Of a DNA stretch of 64,000 nt, positions 1 to 12,214 are shown piece after piece. This DNA is from Octopus vulgaris (taxonomy: Eukaryota), in assembly GCA_951406725.2 (NCBI GenBank), contig OX597818.1, forward strand, positions 14,694,001 to 14,758,000, written 5' to 3'. A program made the translations under genes and the position numbers. Position 1 is the stretch's first letter. Every line of letters starts with the position of its first letter. Under the pieces are notes generated by a model. It saw only the letters and a list, made by a program, of their open reading frames with translations. It was not told where the DNA came from and made no database searches.

Positions 1-831
1 AATTGCCCTAGCAGAAGCGTAAATAATTTCATTTAACTCAGTAAAATCAGGTTTTAATTCTCGTATTATTTCATTTGTTACATAGTTGCCAATTTGGATT
101 TGTTTTTTATTTTGGTTTGTATTTGAGAGTTTATGAAGTGGTTCTCTATCATTCATACTTGTATGTCTTACAACTTCAAGCGTATTCAGGATTTTCTGCC
201 TCATTTCTGCCATAGACTCTCTGTATTCTTCAGCAAATGCGAGATCTTCAGTTACTGTTGTTTTTTCGTTTTCCTGGCTATCTTTAACAGGTACAATAGA
301 ATTTCTTGTATCTTCAGGCCTTTGCGTACTTTGGTCAGATGGCAGTCTTTCAATTAAGCCTCGTGGCGGGCTATACTGTTCATCTGATTCTTCATTTCCT
401 TTGTGTCTTATATTTATGTCATTTTCCGTTGCGTGCTTGATCGCGCTTATTTCACTGTCTGTGAGTCTGTTATTTCTAAGGATATCCCTCCTCACATTTG
501 CTAATTTGTTCTCGTCCAAATAGGGCCTACTGTCTTGATTCCGTGTTCTCCATATACTGTAAGAGTTTGCGGTGTGTCTCTCTTGAGATGGCCTACCTAA
601 TGCATAGTAATAAGCGTATATTACTTCTTTATACTCTTCTCGGGTCCATTTGTTCCGCTTACATTTTTCTTTCTGTGGTGGTTGTGGTGGTGAACTTGGA
701 GGGCTCGAGTTGGGGGATTTCCCGTTCAAGTGACCATCCATGTCCGTATTCGGAGAAGAGTTTGTGCCAGTTGATGACTTTTCGATCCCAGGCTGGCTCT
801 TCCCTGGGGGACGCGCTTCCAGATTAACCAT
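1..831 (-). mobile_element. 5' part of an R4/Dong-clade non-LTR retrotransposon ORF, degenerate, running off the window start
   Basis: Minus-strand translation from ATG at 831 gives MVNLEARPPGKSQPG...KRNKWTREEYKEVIYAYYYALGRP, then a frameshift, then YLDENKLANVRRDILRNNRLTDSEI. This matches the N-terminal 'KWT.EE...YY...L..Q.R.I..N..L' motif of R4/Dong ORFs. Confidence 0.75.
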
Positions 832-1422
832 AGGACAAGCGATTTGGTATACTGATTTAGTTTTCCTTTTAGTTTCCAAAAACATTTTGGTGCTACAATA
901 ATGTTATCATTTTTAAGCTTTGATTGGCTCGTGGGGAGACGGCCATCATTGCCGTTACAATTATAATCGTACCATTATAGCAGCCGTAGTCGGCTTATTA
1001 TTGTTATTATCATCACCATTATTATCACTATCATCATTATCACCACCATTACCATCATCATTATCATCATCACCATCACCATCACCACCATCATCATCAA
1101 TGATATTGTTTTATGTGTAGTCACAGCAGTATCTTATTATTGTTATTTTTGTTTTTTTATCATTATCACCATCACAGTAGTATCTGTCTGTCTCGTTGGC
1201 TGGCTGACTGTCTTCAACGCCAGAGTTCTTGCCTGTCAAATAATACTTTCATATTTGGTTAACAATAGAGCCGAAGTGAGGTTTGTGTTGGTTGAACTCT
1301 TTGAGTGTGTGTTGGTTGAACTATTTGGGTGTGTGTGTGTGTGTGTAGATAGATAGATAGATTATCAGCACTATTACTATCATTATTATCATCATCACCA
1401 TCATCACCATCACCATCAGTGA

Positions 1423-2570
1423 TTTTTTTTTTTTTTAGGTGGGGTCCTATCGGTCAAAAAAAGTTCAGATGTTTACTACTATTAGGCTTAAGAAAAATTA
1501 AGGAAGGGCTGTTCTGTATTGTTTGTGAATAGAGAAGTTGTGTCCGACCAGAGAGAATCTTAGCATCATTAATTTTTTTTTCCATGTGCGTTTGTGTTAT
1601 TGCAATAAAAAGTGTTTGTATATTTCGTGTAAGGTAATATTGTGGAGGTTGAAGTTGACTTTTCTAGAGATGTTTGTATGTCCAGTTAGAAGAACAGGTG
1701 TGTTTTTACAATAAAAAGTATATGTTTACATTTATATTTGAATATTCTGGGAGGAAGCAAAGAAAAGTCAGATTTTCATAGAAAGTTTTAGGGTTTTGTA
1801 AGTCCACAAAAAGAAAAGCGTGCTGTTTTTAGAGAGAAGAAGAAAAAAAAAAGAAAAAGGATGTTTACAGAGGCAATTGTGGGTATCAAAGTTTTTAAAG
1901 CTGGTCGAATGTATGATTGAAAACTGTAGATATGTAAATTTTCTTAACTTATTTTGAAGGGCTGTTCTGTATTATTTGTGAATAGAGAAGCTGTGTTCGA
2001 CCAGAGAGAATCTTAGCATCATTATTTTTTTTTCCATGTGCGTTTGTGTTATTGCAATAAAAAGTGTTTGTATATTTCGTGCAAGGTAATATTGTGGAGG
2101 TTGAAGTTGACCCCTCTAGAGATGTTTGTAGGTCCAGTTAGAAGAACAGGTGTGTTTTTGCAATAAAAAGTATATGTTTACATTTATATTTGAATATTCT
2201 GGGAGGAAGCAAAGAAAAGTCAGATGTTCATAGAAAGTTTTAGGGTTTTGCAAGTCCACAAAAAGAAAAGCGTGATGTTTTTAGAGAGAAGAAAAAAAAA
2301 AGGGTGCTTACAGGGGCAGTTGTGGGTATTAAAGTTTTTAAAGCCGATCGGATATATGTTTGAAAGCTGCAGATATGTAAATTTGTAAATTTATTAACCC
2401 ACTTTGAAGAGAATTTCAAATACTCACGAGGTATTGTGGATGTTCCAGTCTTTGAGAGTTATTTTTCCCCGTTGCTAAACTGGCCCATATTAGTGTTTCT
2501 ATGGCTTTCGGCCACCGAACTGTCAGAGCAGTGAGGAACACGTCCAGCCGCTGTCAAGGCTGGCGCTCTC
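1423..2570 (-). mobile_element. Poly(A)-ended retroelement fragment, possibly L1/Tx1-like, with an internal ~450-bp tandem duplication
   Basis: A T-run at 1423-1437 is poly(A) on the minus strand. Minus translation AIETLIWASLATGK...SGLINLQIYISA and FNLHNITLHEIYKHFL weakly resembles the post-RT region of L1/Tx1 ORF2. Duplicated units start at 1503 and 1956. Confidence 0.35.
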
Positions 2571-2990
<420 letters not shown>

Positions 2991-5900
2991 GAAGATGTCA
3001 CACACAGTATTGAATATTGTGATGTAGATTGAAGATGTATGTACTGGGGATGTGTGCTCTCTGTCAAGTCACAAGGATCTCAGGCAGACAGTACTTTCCA
3101 AAGTATGAGTACAATCCTAAGTAAAGCCAATTTTTGCAATACACCAAGACTGTATGCTATTTCCACAGTATCCAGATGTTTCTTCAGTTTGGTTGGTATT
3201 GAACCTAATGCTCTAATGACAAGAGGAACATCTTTTATGCCTGATTCCCACTGTTGCCACATTTTGGCAATCTCAATTTTCAGGTCACCATATTTCTCAG
3301 CCTTTTCTCCTTCTTTCATAATGATATGTTGATCTCCTGGCACTATCATGTCAATTATTAGACATTCTTGCATGTCCTTCCTAAAGGCTATTATATGTGG
3401 CCTTCAGTGCTCTAACACCTTGTCTGTCTGGAAGTCGAAATTCCAAAGTATCTTTGCCTTCCTTTTTCTCCTCCATTACCTTTTCTAGTATATGTTGGTA
3501 CCAAGCACCCATTTCCTCATAGCCATACTTCAGCACAGTAGCCAATGAATTTGGGGGGCTATCTTGTCATGCCTTCACAAGACGTTTTCACAAACACTAA
3601 AAATGTGAGTCACATTTATGACCTTCTTCTCACATACTCTTCATAGGTTGATTGCGATTGTATGGTATGTATCCCTTTTCAGTGAGTTGGTATTCAGTGC
3701 CTGCTCCAGGGCAGTAATGATTAAGCTTTCAGTCTTCTTTTTAAGGTTACTATTGCTGTGCCACATCCATGATGCTTCCTGATCTTTTAAGTTGTTAGAT
3801 TCATAGTGGAACTGACCTTGTAATTCCAAGCAGAGTAGCGTTTCTTCTCTTTCATTGGCAATTCATGATTAAAATTCATTAAAAATCTCAACTCCATTGA
3901 TTGCAAATCCTTCTACATTAGCAGCATACCATAGCAGGTCCTGTTCATTGTTTACCAAATACTTTAGCATTTTTCTTCTTTCAATGTCGATACACTCCTG
4001 TATGCTAATCAAACTAAGTCCACCTTTACACCTCTTCATGTATGTTTGCCTTAGGGTGGAAGGCACCATGCATTGTCATCATTTTTTGGGTAGTGCAATC
4101 GAAATAGTCAATCTCCACTCATGTCCATTGTTGATGGCAGTCACAAGGGTCCTTGCATTGAGTTTTGACTTCAAGAGAAGTTTGAAGTGCTTCAAGTATT
4201 CAGTGGTGACCTTGACTTACATGTCTTTATGCAAGATACTGTCCAGCTCCAGGATCCCAAGGTTCTTGTACCCATCATCATCTGGGCCTCCTATTTACCC
4301 TCTATTTGGCAGTTCTATGTTCCTGCAATTTGCTCTTTTCTCCTCCTTCAAAGTGAGCACCACACACTTTGAGATACTGAATTCCATTTTTATATCCTTG
4401 CCGCCTCATCCAGCCTCTCCATTTCAGGCTCTGTTCTTTGTGAACAGTTTTAAATCATCCATGAAGAGAAAGTGGTTGAGACGAAGTCCATCCTTCCTCA
4501 GTGTGTAGGTCCATCCTTCCTCAGTGTGTAGGTTCATCCTTCTTCAGCTCGTAGTGTGTGTTGACTTTGAGTAGAACTACAGAAAGTTGGATCAAGGCTA
4601 TAACAAACAGCAATGGTGAACAAGAATCTACCTGAAAGATACCTCTTTTGATTGTTACCTCAGCTAAGCTCTGACTGTTACAGAAAAGACATGTTTTCTA
4701 ACTAGGCATGTTGTTCTTCATTAGTGCACATACATTCTCAGCTACTCCACACATGTCAAGTGTTCCCAGAATCCACAAATATGGCAACATGTCATAAACC
4801 ATTTTAAAGTCTATCCAAGCCATTCACAAGTTTTTGGGGTTGCTTTTTTTTTGCTTTTGGTACTATTTGCCCTTCTCCATTACAACTTTGTTAATTACAA
4901 CGTGGTCCTTGGTGCTCTTGGACCTTTTCCAGCATCCCTTTTGTTCTACTGGAAGTAGATTGTTTTCTGCAAGGAATGTATATTTTCTTTGTGAGGATAC
5001 TCGTTAACACATTCCATAAGAGGTTAAGACAAGCATTGAGTTAGTAATTGCCAACCTCATTGCCTAATCTTTCAGCAAATGATCTTCCAGTGATAATGTT
5101 ATCTCTCCCTCTACAATCCATTCCAGAACTGTACCATTCTGCAAGTCATCATCTGATTGCATACCAATTCGTTTGTGTGTTAACCTAAACCAGTTAAGCC
5201 TATAGCCTTGGATTTTATCTGGTCCTAATTGCTCTCTGGTGTCGCAATTTTGATACCTGTGTAATTACATCTTCCATTGCTATGCATACATGATCCTGTC
5301 TAGAACCTCAGGGTGATGGAGTTCAGAGCTTGAGGAATGAATACCCTCAGTACCAATGTTGCTATAAACCTCTTACTTTCCCCACTCACCCCCAGTTATT
5401 ATAGAATTGACAGGTTTACCCTGTTCTCCATCCAAGCTCTTAAAAAAACTACCTCTGGTTATTTGTGAACAGTTTGTTTTGACACAACTGCAATATGCTA
5501 TCATTGTAGTGTTGCACCTTCAATGATTTTGCTCGAATACCTTGTTTTAGAATTTCAATAACAGTTCTGAACCCTTTCTTTTCTATATGGTATTTTGTTT
5601 CAAGATATGCCTTTGCACCTTCTTTAGTATATTTCCACTGCCCTTTGGACTATTCTGCTATGCAACTCAGATCTTTATGCAAGGTTTTAATATCAGCTTT
5701 AATTCTTTGCTGATTTCCTCTTTTTTCTCAACCAGTTCACCAACTAGAATTGAAGCAGATCTAATCAAGTCCTTTGTTTCTGATAGATCTTTTATTGGAA
5801 TATACTTCAGGGCCCCATCAACATTTTGGGTCACACTGTCACGGTCGAAGCATCACAAATTCACCAGTTTGGTCTCTGCTTTTGTAGTGATTATTTCCTC

Positions 5901-6205
5901 AAGTCTTATCGTTAGGTCCCTCTGTTCCTCAATTATATCCTCTGGTAATGCAGGGTCCTTTAAATTATACTGATTCTTTCCCATTTCTCCACGCAAGTCC
6001 CTTTCCACTACTGCATCCTCATCTTGCCTATCCATCTACAGACCTTCACCTTGCCTATCTATCTGCTGACCTTCCCCTACATTATCCTGCTTATGGCTAT
6101 CATCACTACAGGCACTTTCTCTGATTGTCTGAATTTGGGATTCATTAAGAAAGTCTCTATTCTCATTAATTTTTTTCTGATTCATAAGCCCATTTTCAGT
6201 AATCT
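2991..6205 (-). mobile_element. Degenerate R4/Dong-clade non-LTR retrotransposon (reverse transcriptase plus RLE endonuclease) ending in (TAA)n
   Basis: Minus-strand motifs: AWIDFKMVYDMLP (~4790-4825), RGIFQVDSCSPLLF (~4610-4650), LNHFLFMDDLKLF (~4445-4480), and the RLE region ILWNFDFQTDK...CLIIDMIVPGD...KAEKYGDLKIEIAKMW (3080-3450). The 3' UTR runs into (TAA)n at 2990. Many stops and frameshifts. Confidence 0.9.
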
Positions 6206-6212
6206 GAAACAT

Positions 6213-6275
6213 AAAGGTGGTGCTCCAGCATGGCCGCAGTCAAATGACTGAAACAAGTAAAAGAGTAAAGAGTAT
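6213..6275 (+). mobile_element. 3' tail fragment of the CORE-like (OR-type) SINE
   Basis: ggtggtgctccagcatggccgcagtcaaatgactgaaacaagtaaaagag; the same tail occurs at 15070-15125 and 43105-43160. Confidence 0.75.
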
Positions 6276-6304
6276 ACCTTGCTGGTTCCAAAGTTCTAGT
6301 ACTG

Positions 6305-6529
<225 letters not shown>

Positions 6530-7115
6530 GTGTGAGAGAGCAGATCATGCCATCAAAGTAACACTGGGGTAAAATATACGAAGCCCAATATACCTATCAA
6601 GACTACCCATCTGTGAAGGGTGTACCAGGCATATGCATCACAACTATGTGCATGGCATGGTGAGCTCATATCAAGATAAACAGTGCATGACCTTGCAGGT
6701 GGGGACCAGTTATAATGTTCTTCAGGTCGAGTGGCCCATCCCGCTCAAACTATCCTTGAACAAGGGTTGTTTAAAGATGTTGAACAAAACAGCCATGTTT
6801 CCAGAAGTGAATTATTCCAACCCCAAAGAATTCCACTCAATACATGGCTATAATGCTCCCCCACTACTTCTGCTCATGATCAGAGATGCACATATCATCA
6901 GCCACTAAGGGACATGCTCAACTGCAAATGGTCAAACAAATGACAAGCATATCTGGTTGGTTTGGCTGCCAGCACAATTCTGTTTGAATTGATTTCATAT
7001 TCAGTGTAATGATACACTTTTATTGGCAAATAAACAATGTAAAATTCATTTTTGCAACAAATCAATAAATAAAGAGTTATTAGCAATTAAAGTTTGAAAA
7101 TTTTGATAATTTTAG

Positions 7116-7158
7116 CCAATCGCAAGCCAAACACATTCATGCCTGTTTCCATAGTAAC
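7116..7158 (+). promoter_or_regulatory. CCAAT box plus RFX X-box-like motif inside the MITE
   Basis: CCAAT at 7116-7120; GTTTCCATAGTAAC at 7145-7158 fits the X-box consensus GTYNCCATRGNAAC. Confidence 0.35.
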
Positions 7159-7544
7159 AAGCAGAACATGATAACTCTTTTGTCTATGAGAAAGCATGTG
7201 TCAACAAATATATTGAACCCACTTGTTTTACCTATCTGTTGACAATTGAGTATGTGAATTTATGAACTGGTCAACAAAATGTTTTTTTTTTAAATATTAA
7301 ATTTTTAATGTGTTGTTCATCGCATTTGCATTAAATACATATTGAAAGCTCAAAACTACTTGTTTACATACTTCTCTTTGTCTCTCAGGTGGTTGTGAGA
7401 TGTGATAAAAATAAGAGCTAAATAACGTTTTTTGGATAAATCTTTTAAGTTCATACTATTGCATTAAATGCATATTGAATGCTTCAAATTAAAAAATACA
7501 TGTTGTTTACAAATATTGACAACACGTGCTATTTTCAAGATGTT

Positions 7545-7756
7545 CTATTCTACTCTAGGCACAATGCCCGAAATTTTGGGGGAGGGGTCCAGTCGATTAG
7601 ATCGACCCAGTACACAGCTGGTACTTAATTTATCGACCCCAAAAGGATGAAAAGCAAAGTCAACCTCAGCGGAATTTGAACTCAGAATGTAAAGACAGAC
7701 GAAATAATGCTAAGCATTTCACCCGGCATGCTAACATTTCTGCCAGCTCGCTGCCT
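7545..7756 (-). mobile_element. tRNA-derived SINE (dominant family)
   Basis: Head ggcagcgagctggcagaa with box B gagttcaaattcc; 18-bp TSD tgctattttcaagatgtt at 7527-7544 and 7757-7774. Confidence 0.9.
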
Positions 7757-8152
7757 TGCTATTTTCAAGATGTTGACGACAAAATGTGCAGCTATGCACA
7801 AAAGGACAGCTTCCAAATCCTGTTTCCTGACTGGGTGAAAATGATCAAACTTTAAACATCTATAATTTTTTTAAACATTTTTCTGGAAAAAGTGAAATAA
7901 CTCTGGAAATTTAACTTGGAAAAGTATATTATTAAGACAATTTTTTTAATTTCCAATAAACTTTAATTTTTGAAATGCTGGCAGCTAAACCAACTAGATC
8001 CTAAATCCGTAATATTGAGCAGAATATTTGCCATCGCCCATCTTTTACACCAAGAAAAAACGTGTACATGATAACACTTGCAGTCAGTTAAGAACAGAAG
8101 CCATGACAGCCAGTGCCTTAATGCATCGGGTCATTTATTATTATCATTATTA

Positions 8153-8705
8153 CTGAGTGAGAGAGCAGCACATGCCATCAAAGTGAAACTGGAGTGCAAA
8201 TATATGAAGCCTAATATACCCATCATGACTAACCATCTGATAAGGGTACACCAGGCACATGCATTACAATCATATGTGCACAACATGGTGATCTCAAATG
8301 AAAATAAACATCGCATGACCTTGCAGGTGGGGCCCAGTTAGAATTTTCTTCAGGTCAAGTAGCCTATCCCACACAAATGGTCCCTGAATAGGTTTGTTTT
8401 ATGGATGATAAACAAAACAGCCATATTTCCAGAGGTGAATTATTCAAACCCCAAAGAATTCCTCTCAACAAATGGTTATGATGCTCCCCCACTACTTCTG
8501 CTCGTGATCAGATATGCACATATCGTCAGCCACTAAGGGACATGCTCAACTGGTTAAGGTCAAACAAATGACAAGCAAATCTGTGGTATTGAGCAGAATA
8601 TTTGCTGTAGCCCATCTTTTATACCAGACAAAACAATGTACATGAAAACACTTCCAATCAGTCAAGATCAAAAGCCATGAGAGCCACTACCTAGTATTAC
8701 TGCAA
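8153..8705 (-). mobile_element. ~550-bp non-coding interspersed repeat, intact copy 2, flanked by (TAA/TGA)n
   Basis: Co-linear with 6530-6955 plus 8002-8135. Further fragments at ~17988-18150 and ~34470-34630. Confidence 0.8.
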
Positions 8706-8726
8706 TTATCATCATCATCATCATCA

Positions 8727-8788
<62 letters not shown>

Positions 8789-8841
8789 TACACGCCTTTT
8801 TATATAATCTCATGTTGTATTGCCGTGTACATTCCCCAATG

Positions 8842-8878
<37 letters not shown>

Positions 8879-8914
8879 CCCTTAGTGGTTAATAAAGAAA
8901 TCACTATTATTATA

Positions 8915-9114
8915 AGCGGTGAGCTGGTAGAATCATTAGCACGCTGGACGAAAAGCTTAGCGGTATTTCGCTCGTCTCTACATTATGAGTTCAAATTGCG
9001 CCGAGGTTGACTTTGCCTTTCATCGATAAATTAAGTACCTGTGAAACCCTGGGGTCGATGTACTCGACTACCCCCTCCCCCCAAATTACAGGCTTTGTGC
9101 CTTTAGTAGAAAGG

Positions 9115-9165
<51 letters not shown>
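8915..9165 (+). mobile_element. tRNA-derived SINE with (ATT)n tail
   Basis: gcggtgagctggtagaatc...gagttcaaatt...ttgtgcctttagtagaaaggattatt. Confidence 0.85.
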
Positions 9166-9573
9166 CCAATGATAGAAATCATTATAGTTCTCGTTACTTT
9201 TGTTCCCGTTTGCTTGTGACAGACGTTTTATGACATTCTGCTATTTCTGTTTTACAACCAAGACAGTTTTATGTTTTTTGGCGCCCGTTAGCTCTCATTG
9301 TGTTCCTACTTAAACCGCTTTCATAGTTTTCGTGTTGAGTGTCCCCTTCCACCTAAACCCACCGTAGTTCCTTTGACAGCTTGCCTTCCCTTTTTTTCTT
9401 TTTTTTGTACCTTTTATCGCACATCAAAGGAACTATGTGGGCGCATAGGAGAGAAGCCTTGCATATGTTTTGGCTGTGTATGTGCGTATTTTCCTTTTTT
9501 CCTGTATTTATATTTGCGAATAAACGTACGCACACATAGCTATGTATGCGCGCGTGTGTGAGTACGTGCATGT

Positions 9574-9666
<93 letters not shown>

Positions 9667-9738
9667 CACATACATACATACATACATACATACATACATA
9701 CATACATACATACATACATACATACATACATACATACA

Positions 9739-9770
<32 letters not shown>
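9574..9770. repeat. (GATA)n + (CATA)n microsatellites
   Basis: Direct inspection. Similar arrays at 10885-11018, 29560-29760, 39370-39560, 40120-40480, 56120-56780 and 61580-61690. Confidence 0.95.
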
Positions 9771-9774
<4 letters not shown>

Positions 9775-11285
9775 TTTCACTCCCTCAGCCTTAGATATTT
9801 ACCTGTGTGAAAGACACAAATACACACACACATATACAACATACACGCTCTCACACACAAATACACATGCACATACACATATATACATCTGGAGATACAT
9901 GCTTGTTCTTTTCCTATTTTTTACTTGCTTCTTTGATTGTATCGAAACAAGTTCCATATATTCCCGTTATATCTAATTTCATGTATGTGTGGTTGAATGC
10001 GTTAATGCTAAGTATGTGAGCGCGTACCCGAAAGACGCATAGCCTTTTATATCGAGTCCTTCGCTTTGTTCTGTGCTAGCAATGTGAGAAAATATAACTT
10101 TAAAGCGTTGCACCCACAGTTGATACATATATGCATATAGATAGACCATAGAAAGACCTTGACACACTCCCATAACACATCTGATATGCGGAACAATATT
10201 CTTTGTCAGTTGCAATAGATTGAACGAAAGAAAAAGATGCAATGTTGAACCCAATGTTGGAAAGATATTACGTGACACTGTCTTCATTTCTTTTCATGGC
10301 TACACGTTGAATAAAAACTTACAAATAAACAGGTGTCGATAATTTGATCGAAATTGTTACTACTTATAAGATACCTGGATTGTGAAGCAAGCATCAACTC
10401 AATGTGAAAAGCAAGAGGAGTGAAATTAATTAAGGTTATATCTGTACTGAAGAAAAGTCGGAGCTGTCAACAAGAAAGTAACAGCTCAAAACTCATAAAA
10501 CTATTTTAACTATGAAGATTAAATTTTAAAGCATGGATTATATGCGAAATCGCCACTAAATTGATCTTTAATCATCGGTTACCTTGAAGGTCTAAATGAT
10601 CGAGAACAACATCTCTACGAAGTCGTGGGACCAGTTTTAGATGGTAGTGAAATTTCCCTTAACTCACACGCTAACATTTTTCAAAAGAAAAAGAATTACA
10701 CATTAAGCCTTAAATAATTATATAAAAAAAACAAAAAAAAAACGAGATGATCGCCGCTCGAATGGAGCTAACTTAAGGCTAAAGAAAAGCAATAACAAGC
10801 TACATAATCACATAAAACTTAAGCTATACTCAGTTTGGCAATTATATTCATCCACTAATTCAGCTGAGCAGTCAAACCAAAGCAACATACATACATACAT
10901 TACATATACATACATACATACATACAATGCATACATACATACATACATACATACATACATACATACATACATACATACATACATACATACATACATACAT
11001 ACATACATACATACATACCATGCCGAGCGAAGCCGAGTATATGTATCGCAGTATCTTATTTAAAACGAGACATCCGACGAGTTGCAGCTTGCACTGGTTT
11101 ATGCAGCACAACTACCCGTACAATATCCTACCTGTAAGGGACAGATGCAGGATAGGTCGAAACGATCGTTGCATTGAATAAAGATTCTTGCTAACTCAAT
11201 TTTACGTTTCCCTCATTTATTATACATATATATATATTTGATTAATAAGGGAGATGGAAGATGGAAGAAACGAGGATGTTTATTG

Positions 11286-11386
11286 ATCACTACAATTGTT
11301 TCGACCCATCTAGATCCCTCATGAGTGGGATACTGAACAACTGGTTTAGGAGAATCCGTCGGTGTAGATGTGTCTTTTCAGGTGAT
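11286..11386 (-). ncRNA. Minimal type I hammerhead-ribozyme-like motif with one core mutation, in a Penelope-like relic
   Basis: AUCAC-CUGAAAA-GACACAUCUA...UAGAUGGGUC-GAAA-CAAUUG-UA-GUGAU. Stems I, II and III pair; G8 is changed to A. Confidence 0.55.
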
Positions 11387-12214
11387 TACAAGATGTATCT
11401 CGTTAAAATAACGTCTCTTCCGTAAGATTTCTTCTCATTATAATATGAGAGAGTACACATTGAATTATGTAGTCCAAATAACAAAATATCGTAAATAAAT
11501 GGTATGGCCATGATAGGAATGCCTTTGGTTTTAGGTTTATTTAATCGGGGTTGACAAGGGGCTTGACAGCTCATATAAAGAACCTCTTTTCCAAATGTTA
11601 TGGCTCTCCTTATCTTTACTGTCCTTTCTTGGAAACAGCGTTTTTGAGATAATTATCTCAGACTTATTTAATTTCTAAAAAATTCGATGCTTAATTCTAC
11701 ACCAATAAATATACATATTTATATGTTGTTGACAGAAAGTCGAAAGATTGTTTTGCCTGTCAAATTAACAAAAAGCGTGAGTTCGTGTCCCACGAGTAGC
11801 TTCGACCTTTTGTGGTCAATAGTTTTGTTGACTTGATATTTGTACACCATTATTTCTAGCTTTATCTGCTTCGAGATCCACCGTTCCAAAGAAGAATTAT
11901 TTCCCATATCTGTATATTTATTTAGTGATTCGTTCAGTACTTCTTCGGCAAGTCACTATGCAGAAATTCAATAAATGGATCTTCGTCAGGTTCGACGATA
12001 AGTACTCTGTATTCGTTAATTGCTCTGTCTGTTACAATGAATAAGTGTGAAATATTCCACAGACATACGTACACTTAACAAAATTTTTGAGACAGAATCA
12101 GCGTGACACTGTTTGGAAAATCTAGACCTTTGGCTTAAATGTACTATCCATCCGACAGGCCTTCACAATTTCCGTCTGCCCAATTTCATTCACAAGTCTT
12201 AAAATGATCTAAGG

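Larger units (their letters stand above)
6956..8001. mobile_element. Non-autonomous TIR DNA transposon (Merlin-like MITE) containing a SINE
   Basis: TIRs (atctg)gttggtttggctgccagca and tgctggcagctaaaccaactagatcc. The right end reads ...GATCC like the MITEs at 18223 and 27722. Degenerate 8-bp TSD catatctg / taaatccg. Confidence 0.7.
6530..8135 (-). mobile_element. ~550-bp non-coding interspersed repeat, copy 1, split by a TIR element into 6530-6955 and 8002-8135
   Basis: The two halves join co-linearly with the intact copy at 8153-8705 (...gacaagcaaatctg|tggtattgagcagaatatttg...). Confidence 0.8.

Noticed and set aside
3897-4508. 203-aa plus-strand ORF, the longest in the track
   Set aside because: It is the antisense shadow of the R4-like reverse transcriptase on the minus strand.
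4487-4545. 23-bp tandem repeat as a regulatory element
   Set aside because: Local slippage duplication inside the dead RT region.
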